Positions 57,420 through 64,000 of a stretch of DNA of 64,000 nt are shown in pieces; position 1 is the first letter of the stretch, and every line of letters starts with the position of its first letter. The position numbers and the translations under genes are program-made. The stretch is taken from NCBI GenBank assembly GCA_963715865.1, contig OY970280.1, forward strand, positions 704,001 through 768,000, in the 5' to 3' direction. Source of the stretch: Candidatus Bathyarchaeota archaeon. GTDB taxonomy: Archaea; Thermoproteota; Bathyarchaeia; Bathyarchaeales; Bathycorpusculaceae. The notes below the pieces were generated by a model. That model was not told the DNA's origin, ran no database searches, and saw only the letters and a list, made by a program, of their open reading frames with translations.

Positions 57420-58385
57420 TTGGCAAAAACTATCGGCATAGTCACATCTGGTGGAGATGCACCAGGCATGAACGCTACCATCCGAGCGGTAACGCGAATA
57501 GGTCATGCGAAGGGTTTTCAAGTTATAGGTTTCGAAAGAGGATGGGACGGACTATTAACTAACTCGTTCAAAAGGTTGACTCCTCGCAGTGTTGGCGGTA
57601 TTATTCAGTTAGGCGGCACCATACTTCACACCCTACGATGCCCAAGTTTCGAGGAAGATGGCGGTGTCGAAAAAGCAGCAGAAACATTGTCCATAAATAA
57701 CGTTGATAGTTTAGTGGTCATTGGCGGTGACGGTTCATATAGAGGCGCCTTAGACCTAAGCAGAGAAAGCGACGCCTTAATGATTGGGGTACCGGCCACC
57801 ATTGACAATGACGTTTACGGAACAGACGAAACAATCGGCTTCGACACTGCAGTCAACACTGCGGTAGGCGCAATCGACAAAATCAGGGATACAGCGATTT
57901 CTCATGAACGAGTATTCATCGTGGAAGTAATGGGTCGGAAAAGAGGCTTCTTAGCATTGGAAGTAGGCATATGCGTGGGTGCAGAGGTGATTTTGATTCC
58001 AGAAAATCCAATGAGCCTATCTGATGTTGCAAAGGTGATGGATGAAAACGCTAAAAAAGGCAAAAGAGCTGGAATAGTAGTTGTTGCAGAAGGCTTTGGC
58101 GATACAAGTAAATTAGCTCGGGGAATGCAGCGGCAAACGGAATCAGAAGTTAGACTGTCCATTCTTGGCTATGCACAGCGTGGTGGAAGTCCTACAGCAC
58201 GCAGCAGGTTTATGGCTAGTTTATTCGCTGAGAAAGCTGTTGAATTAATCTGCGAGGAAAAGGGCAACATGGCGGTTGGATTACAGAACGGTGCAATTGT
58301 GGGTGTTGAGCTTGAGAAAGCAGCTAAAAAAAGGAAGCCTTTGGATTTAAGGTTGCTGAAAGTAGCTGAAATGCTTGCAACATAA
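57420..58385 (+). CDS. pfkA: 6-phosphofructokinase, PfkA family, ATP-type motif
   Basis: TSGGDAPGMN, IGGDGS, TIDND, IVEVMGR, GYAQRGG. Confidence 0.92.
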   Translation: MAKTIGIVTSGGDAPGMNATIRAVTRIGHAKGFQVIGFERGWDGLLTNSFKRLTPRSVGGIIQLGGTILHTLRCPSFEEDGGVEKAAETLSINNVDSLVVIGGDGSYRGALDLSRESDALMIGVPATIDNDVYGTDETIGFDTAVNTAVGAIDKIRDTAISHERVFIVEVMGRKRGFLALEVGICVGAEVILIPENPMSLSDVAKVMDENAKKGKRAGIVVVAEGFGDTSKLARGMQRQTESEVRLSILGYAQRGGSPTARSRFMASLFAEKAVELICEEKGNMAVGLQNGAIVGVELEKAAKKRKPLDLRLLKVAEMLAT

Positions 58386-58421
58386 ACCTTATCATTTTTA
58401 TTAGCATTCTTTTTTAGAATT

Positions 58422-59660
58422 TTAGAGTAGTGACTCGTAGATTTTGCTTGTTTCTTCAGCGACTTTTCGCCAAGTAAAATACTCCAGCACTCTTCGCCTG
58501 CCGTTTTCACCCCAGTTCTTAGCTTTTTCAGGGTTACTTAGCGTTTCATTTATTCCCCATGCTATGTCGGCGGGGTCTTCACTGTTAATGTGCACTCCGT
58601 TTTGGTCTGGTCCACTATTTACCACTTGCTCTTTGAAGCCTACCACGCCTCTTGCGCCTACTACAACAGGTTTCTCCATAGCCATTGCTTCTAAACTTAC
58701 AATTCCAAATGGCTCATAAATTGATGGAAAAACACAAACATCAGAAGCTGCATAATGGAGAATCCGTTCCTCTTCAGATACAAAGTCAAAGCGGTAAACA
58801 ATTTTATCCTTAATGTTTAGTCTCTCTGCTGTTTCGATGATGTCGGCTTGTTCTTCGCCTTTGCCTAAAATAACCAGTTTAGTATTAGGGTACTCTTTCA
58901 AAACCATAGGCATCGCCTGCAAAAGGTTTCGAACGCCTTTTACCCAAGTAAGCCTTCCCACGAAAAGCAACATGTTCCAACCGTCAGGAATGCCGTATTT
59001 TTCTCTGATGGCTTCAACGTCTTCTTTCTGTACTTTTTGCGGATTGTACGTTTCAGGGTCCACACCGTTCCAGACAACGCTGATTTTTGAAGGCGACCAG
59101 CCGTGTTTTACAAGGTCGTCCTGCATAGCGTAACTTACAGTAACTATGCGGTCGGAATTTTGAGCCATAGCCCTCTCTAAATGGGACACTACTTCGGAGC
59201 CTTGCCCGCCGCTTCTGCCCCATTCTGTACTATGCGTGTGGAAAACTACCGGTATCTTGGTTTCGTTCTTAATTACTAAGCCTGCAATACTGCTCAGCCA
59301 GTCGTGAACGCAGACGACGTCAAAATTGTAATTTTCTTTTTTTATTAAGCCGTTAATGAATTTTGTTGCGCTTAGGATGTTGTAGATAAAAATGTCGTTA
59401 AAAAGTTTGATGTTAGTGCCCCATTTTTTTAGGTCGTCTACCACAAAGAAGGGCCAGATGTTGCTTGCGTCAGCTATTAACGGCCTGTGAACTTCTACTC
59501 CTCGCAGGATTTCTCGTGTTTTTAACCCGTTATTATTTAGCGTAAAAACTGAAACATCATGTCCAATGTCAACGAATTCATGGGTAATGTACTCTGCGTA
59601 AGTGCCTAAACCGCCTACAAGTTGAGGCGGATATTCATAGACGAAAAAGCCAATTCTCAA
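58422..59660 (-). CDS. GT4 glycosyltransferase (glycogen-synthase-like)
   Basis: VGGLGT, HDWLS, FVGRLTWVKG, YEPFGIVSLEAMA. Confidence 0.88.
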   Translation of the reverse strand: MRIGFFVYEYPPQLVGGLGTYAEYITHEFVDIGHDVSVFTLNNNGLKTREILRGVEVHRPLIADASNIWPFFVVDDLKKWGTNIKLFNDIFIYNILSATKFINGLIKKENYNFDVVCVHDWLSSIAGLVIKNETKIPVVFHTHSTEWGRSGGQGSEVVSHLERAMAQNSDRIVTVSYAMQDDLVKHGWSPSKISVVWNGVDPETYNPQKVQKEDVEAIREKYGIPDGWNMLLFVGRLTWVKGVRNLLQAMPMVLKEYPNTKLVILGKGEEQADIIETAERLNIKDKIVYRFDFVSEEERILHYAASDVCVFPSIYEPFGIVSLEAMAMEKPVVVGARGVVGFKEQVVNSGPDQNGVHINSEDPADIAWGINETLSNPEKAKNWGENGRRRVLEYFTWRKVAEETSKIYESLL

Positions 59661-59692
59661 AAAACGTCACCTAAGCTTGCTTTAACTATTGC

Positions 59693-60022
59693 TTGCATGC
59701 TATTTATACTTTAAATATCCGTACTGAGGGTTCTGGTGTTTCTTCGGGTGACGGGAAAAGGTGTTTTTCATCGGGTGATGAGTTAAAAAAACCTGTTCTA
59801 TTCTATTTAATCCTTGTTGGATTAGCGTTGTTTTTTATGTCCGTCATAATCCATGTAAACCTTTCTGGTGAAATAGGCTGGAATACATTTAACATCAATT
59901 ATGTAGAGTCATTTATTACAGAAATTACTGCAATTATAGGTTTAAGCTTGTTTATGGTATCTGTTTTGCTTTTCGCTTTTGTCAATCGTCTTTCTTTAGT
60001 TGAAACACAGCCTCAAGAATAG
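59693..60022 (+). CDS. small hypothetical membrane protein (start uncertain)
   Basis: Two TM segments; AT-rich. Confidence 0.45.
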   Translation: MHAIYTLNIRTEGSGVSSGDGKRCFSSGDELKKPVLFYLILVGLALFFMSVIIHVNLSGEIGWNTFNINYVESFITEITAIIGLSLFMVSVLLFAFVNRLSLVETQPQE

Positions 60023-60644
60023 GCTGAAGCATTAGAAGACTAAATGCGATAACGATAAGGGTTAGTTTGGTTGCTAAGTCATCGAATTGCCAATTAAAAG
60101 TATCTTGACTACTTGAAATAGTTAATGTTGAAACTGATTGCGTTGAATTGTTAGGGGCACCAATCGAAACACTGGAACTGAATAAAGCGGGCACTGGTAA
60201 CAAATAAGTGAAAACAACCGATTCAATAGGCCATATCAATGTTGCAGTTCCACGATATGACCCATCAGGCGCTTGTTTTAAGAAAATATACCCGTTTTGT
60301 TCTTCGCCTCCAATGTATTGAGACTTAGAAGAATAAAGAACTGAACCCCAAAAACCAAGCTCTCCATAGTATTGAAGCAGATTAGTTGTGTTAACATCGG
60401 AAATAATTACTGATACTGTAATCGGGTTATCTGCACTGAAGCTTCCTCTTGCTGTAAAATAGTATGCGAAAGTCGCTGTTATTGTTGGAATACTACTATT
60501 TGGTGACGGAAAAGTTCTAGTTTGAACGTACGGGGTATAATGAACCATGCCTGTAGTTGTAAATAGGAATGCATCAACCATGATAATAGCCCATATAACT
60601 AGAAGAGATAAAGCAAGAACTCGCCTAACTGTTGTTTTCTTCAG
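59982..60644 (-). CDS. hypothetical membrane-anchored protein; frame extends to CTG 60644
   Basis: Upstream of ATG 60581 the frame reads LKKTTVRRVLALSLLVIWAII (signal/TM-like); C-terminal TM. Confidence 0.55.
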   Translation of the reverse strand: MKKTTVRRVLALSLLVIWAIIMVDAFLFTTTGMVHYTPYVQTRTFPSPNSSIPTITATFAYYFTARGSFSADNPITVSVIISDVNTTNLLQYYGELGFWGSVLYSSKSQYIGGEEQNGYIFLKQAPDGSYRGTATLIWPIESVVFTYLLPVPALFSSSVSIGAPNNSTQSVSTLTISSSQDTFNWQFDDLATKLTLIVIAFSLLMLQPILEAVFQLKKDD

Positions 60645-60810
60645 TTTTAATTCGCCATCTTGGAATTTTATTAAATAATTGCTATTCTATTGATTGCTTT
60701 TTATGTTTTTGGTTGCGTTTTGTATTAGGGTTATCCACTTGTTTTTTCCTTCAATAGTTATTTCGCATGCATCGCTATTTTTATTATTCAGTAAAAATAC
60801 CTAGTCGGCA

Positions 60811-61356
60811 GTGATAAGTTTGAAGTCAGCATTAATAATTTACTGGTCAAGCACTGGGAACACTGAAAAAGTCGCTTACGCCGTAAGAGAAGGCTTGGAA
60901 GGCGCAGGGTTAAAAGTTGATTTGAAAAAACCTCAAGACGCTGCCGCCATTGACTTTTTCGATTATGATTTGGTTTGTGTTGGTTCTCCATCAATTAGGT
61001 GGCAGCCTGCTAAGCCAATGGCTGATTTCCTTAAGAGCAAGCTGAATTTTTACCGAAGTCAAGGAAAAATTAAGCCGTGCGCTCCTAAAGTGGAAGGCAA
61101 AAACGCGCTGGTTTTCTGCACGTATTCTGGACCGCACACAGGCATGGATGAGGCGACGCCAGCGGGAAAAACAATGAGGCAGTACTTTGAGCATTTTGGC
61201 TTTAACGTGGTTGGTGAATGGTACGTTTTGAGCGAGTTTCATGGAAGAGAAGACTTGAGCACACAAGGCAGGCTTGGCGACATCAGAGGGAAGCCCACAG
61301 CGGAGGATTTGGCGAAAATTAAAAAAGACGCTGAGCAAATAGCAAAGAGCTTGTAG
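60811..61356 (+). CDS. flavodoxin-like protein
   Basis: YWSSTGNTEKVA, VCVGSP, FCTYSG. Confidence 0.85.
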   Translation: MISLKSALIIYWSSTGNTEKVAYAVREGLEGAGLKVDLKKPQDAAAIDFFDYDLVCVGSPSIRWQPAKPMADFLKSKLNFYRSQGKIKPCAPKVEGKNALVFCTYSGPHTGMDEATPAGKTMRQYFEHFGFNVVGEWYVLSEFHGREDLSTQGRLGDIRGKPTAEDLAKIKKDAEQIAKSL

Positions 61357-61646
61357 TGGTTGATATGGCTAAAACCGTTAATTTGCCTGATAAAATCTAT
61401 GATGATTTAGCTAAGACTGCTGAAGAATTAACTTTCATGGCGAAAAAGCCGATTTCGCAATCAATGGCAATAAATCTTCTAATTGAAGTTTACCATGCAC
61501 ACATGAACAATCCATGTGCACTTGACGCTTTCAGCCAGCAACTAGCAAGTTTAGACATCATGTCACCAGAAGAATTCGACAAATACTGGGATGAACTCTC
61601 AAAAACACAAGAGACAAAGCGCAAGGCAAAAACCAAAAAACAGTAA
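61356..61646 (+). CDS. small hypothetical protein (RHH-like N-terminus)
   Basis: KTVNLPDKIYDDL...SQSMAINLL. Confidence 0.55.
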   Translation: MVDMAKTVNLPDKIYDDLAKTAEELTFMAKKPISQSMAINLLIEVYHAHMNNPCALDAFSQQLASLDIMSPEEFDKYWDELSKTQETKRKAKTKKQ

Positions 61647-61661
61647 ACGCGTGGTCAAACA

Positions 61662-62999
61662 TCAGTTTAGGGTTCTCTTTTGAGTTTTCTTCTTCCAAAC
61701 GTAAACAAGAGTAACAACTGTTCCAATGGCAACTACTGTCAAAACTAGCAATAAAGGAAAAGCTGAGAAAGACGATGAAGGAACTTGCATAGGCGGAGGC
61801 GTAGGAGTGAAGACGGGCTCTGCAGCTGTGGCATACATGCTATAGACAATTAAAGAAATTGGAAATGAAGCGGGAAGTCCAGTGTAGGCTATATGGGCGT
61901 TGCCGTGAGAGTCCATTGCTATGGGACCTGCTTGAGTCGCGAGGCTATTTGGACCGACGATTTGCATGTCCCAAACGCTGCCTGTCCATCCGGCATAAAC
62001 CAAAGAGCCAGAATAGCTATCCATCCCAGATGCATTGCAGTAGTCGATGTGGGGGTAATCATAGGAGTCTAACGCAAGGAAAACAATGTTGCCCACGTCT
62101 GCGTTTGAAACCACGGTTTGAGTATTCCAAGCTGACCCATTCCAACTGGCGTAGTTTAAGGTACTGTTACGACTAAAGGATATTGGGTAATCTTGTCTGT
62201 AAACAAAGTGTGGATAACCTTTAGAATCTAAAACCATATTTCCATAGGAGCTCAAATTGTAGAAGATAGTTTGGGTGATCCAGCTTGAACCGTTCCACAC
62301 AGCATATTTCACAGTTGTTGTACTCTGGGGTACAGAAATATCGTACCCGTAGAGTATGTGCGGGTTGTTGTTTGAATCTAATGCCAAATACACGCCATCC
62401 TGATAGCTTATTGGTAAGTCTACGGTTTGGGTATCCCAGCTTGAGCCATTCCAACTAGTATACTTCAACACTGAAATGTCGTCGGTGACTCCTTGAGGAT
62501 AATCAGAAACGGGTAAATTTGCTTTGTAAGCTATGTGCGGGTTGCCAGCTGAATCCAAAGCAAGAAAACCCCCGCGAGATCCATCTTCGGTCACGGTTTG
62601 TATGGTCCAGTTTGACCCCGTCCACCAGGCATACATTAAGCCATCGATACCGGCGTATGACAGGTGTGGATTGTTATTAGAGTCCAACACTAAATTGAAA
62701 GAGCCTTCGATTTCTGGTGGTATGGTTTGGGTGTTCCAGCTTGAGCCGGTCCAGCTTGCATACATCAATTCTGAAGGGCCGGGGTGGACCGAACCGCTGT
62801 AGGCATTGCCTGTTTCGTAGTGAGCATAGAGTATATGCGGGTTGTTGTTGGAGTCTATAGCAATTAAACCGCCACCAGCGCTGGTTGAGTCTATTGTTTG
62901 GATACTCCAGGTCGGTGCAGCGTGAACTGGTACTGCCGAGAAGAAAGCTACCAAAAGCGTGGACAACAAAAGAATGTTCAAGATAGCACAAACACGCAT
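61662..62999 (-). CDS. cell-surface repeat (beta-propeller-like) protein with C-terminal TM anchor
   Basis: Seven xLDSxxxPHIxY and six YAxWxGSxWxxQTV repeats; signal peptide; TM + KKK. Confidence 0.75.
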   Translation of the reverse strand: MRVCAILNILLLSTLLVAFFSAVPVHAAPTWSIQTIDSTSAGGGLIAIDSNNNPHILYAHYETGNAYSGSVHPGPSELMYASWTGSSWNTQTIPPEIEGSFNLVLDSNNNPHLSYAGIDGLMYAWWTGSNWTIQTVTEDGSRGGFLALDSAGNPHIAYKANLPVSDYPQGVTDDISVLKYTSWNGSSWDTQTVDLPISYQDGVYLALDSNNNPHILYGYDISVPQSTTTVKYAVWNGSSWITQTIFYNLSSYGNMVLDSKGYPHFVYRQDYPISFSRNSTLNYASWNGSAWNTQTVVSNADVGNIVFLALDSYDYPHIDYCNASGMDSYSGSLVYAGWTGSVWDMQIVGPNSLATQAGPIAMDSHGNAHIAYTGLPASFPISLIVYSMYATAAEPVFTPTPPPMQVPSSSFSAFPLLLVLTVVAIGTVVTLVYVWKKKTQKRTLN

Positions 63000-63072
63000 G
63001 TCGCCATTACCTCGTCAAAGACCCTAAGGACCTTATAATTTGACGACTATAAAAAACTAAAGCAATAATTAC

Positions 63073-63621
63073 CTAAAGAGCAGCTAATGTTCTCTTGGTT
63101 ATCTCTTCAGCCAGTCTATCCCTATTAGCTAATGTTACGGTGAATTTTTCTGCGTCGTTTCTTTGTTTTGCGTCGTTTATTAGCGGGTCTCTGGCTTTTC
63201 CGTGCACAACAGCTAACACCAGCTTTCTGCTCTCTAACGCTTGCTTTACGGCTTGTTTGAACTTCTGCGAGAAAAGCTCCATAGGACCAATCTCATCAAT
63301 AGCGACGACGTCGCATTTTTCTACTGCTTCTGCAATGGCTGCGGTGCCAATTTTTTCGAGGTCTTCCATGTTAACATGGTACTTGCCGACTTGCGGACCC
63401 GTTCTCTGGTTGATGTGCGCCAGCCATCCATGTTTGGAGTTGGTTAAGTCTATGATTTCGAAACCTATGCGTACGTTGCCTTCCCGGGCTTCGCGGCTTA
63501 TCATGCCGCCAACACTGACGCCCTGCGCTTTAAGAGCGTCCACTGCCTTGATGAGCACAGTGGTTTTTCCAACGCCCGGAACACCAGTTAAAAGCAAAAC
63601 ACGTTTCTGCAACCGATTCAC
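63073..63621 (-). CDS. NTPase (THEP1 family)
   Basis: TGVPGVGKTT, VGKYHV, IDEIGPMEL. Confidence 0.9.
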   Translation of the reverse strand: MNRLQKRVLLLTGVPGVGKTTVLIKAVDALKAQGVSVGGMISREAREGNVRIGFEIIDLTNSKHGWLAHINQRTGPQVGKYHVNMEDLEKIGTAAIAEAVEKCDVVAIDEIGPMELFSQKFKQAVKQALESRKLVLAVVHGKARDPLINDAKQRNDAEKFTVTLANRDRLAEEITKRTLAAL

Positions 63622-63694
63622 ACCACCCTAACCAGAAGTCTAATATGTCGATAAAATTCTTTTCATAAACAAAACCGCTGAGGCGCACCGTTAC

Positions 63695-64000
63695 ATGGTT
63701 GATGAGGACTATAAGGCAGATTTTCCAAGCGAAATAATCAAGGAAGGCAAAGTACAAGTTCTAGTGCCAAAACTCGAAGCCTACGGAGTTGCGCCTTCAG
63801 ACTATGCGCCATCTAAAGCTCCAGTCTTCTACAACCCAGTCATGGAGTTCAACCGTGACCTAACAGTTTTAGCGTTCCAAGCCTACCAACGCATGGTTAA
63901 CAGGGAAATCTCAATTTGCGACCCGTTTACCAGCCAAGGAATCCGAGGCGTGCGCTTTGCCGCCGAAATTCAAGGCGTTAAAAAGGTGTTAATCAGCGAC
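63695..64000 (+). CDS. trm1: tRNA (guanine26-N2)-dimethyltransferase, partial (runs off window)
   Basis: Manual translation ...PVFYNPVMEFNRDLTVL...CDPFTSQGIRGVRFAAE. Confidence 0.9.
   Translation, partial: MVDEDYKADFPSEIIKEGKVQVLVPKLEAYGVAPSDYAPSKAPVFYNPVMEFNRDLTVLAFQAYQRMVNREISICDPFTSQGIRGVRFAAEIQGVKKVLISD

Noticed and set aside
61662-62999. Periodic nucleotide repeats (e.g. GTTCCAGCTTGA) as a CRISPR array
   Set aside because: Degenerate and in frame with protein repeats; no constant repeat with unique spacers, and no cas genes.
1-64000. Numerous 60-250 aa ORFs overlapping called genes (e.g. 16442..17197, 14877..15500, 63095..63631)
   Set aside because: Antisense or alternate-frame shadows of well-supported genes, with no independent motifs.

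Overview
Archaeal chromosomal segment, most consistent with Bathyarchaeia (TACK). This assignment is inference from gene content: PolB3-like polymerase, archaeal DnaG, FtsZ together with CdvB, DGGGP synthase, crenarchaeal-type SSB and EndA, and many secreted beta-propeller, cohesin and dockerin proteins. It holds about 60 CDS, mostly housekeeping (dnaG, polB, ftsZ, pyrH, alkA, endA, glyQS, malic enzyme, pfkA, trm1) plus five ABC exporter modules, a VapBC pair and a tRNA-Tyr(GUA) with two BHB introns. Remnants include an integrase tail, a DDE transposase tail, a DUF998-like fragment and a Cys-rich gene. No rRNA or CRISPR array was seen. Most notable observations: (1) a cohesin / membrane sensor-wHTH / dockerin triad with 10-bp-phased ATGAAC repeats in its divergent promoter; (2) two dispersed copies of a conserved leader + oligo-T + small basic ORF unit; (3) a PolB with intact polymerase motifs but lost proofreading residues; (4) a stand-alone nurA-herA pair with a divergent wHTH gene; (5) apparent non-canonical start codons for dnaG and ftsZ; (6) a GATATC palindrome array before a PadR-ABC operon whose many frameshifts look like sequencing errors. 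All family calls come from motif recognition by eye; no database searches were run.
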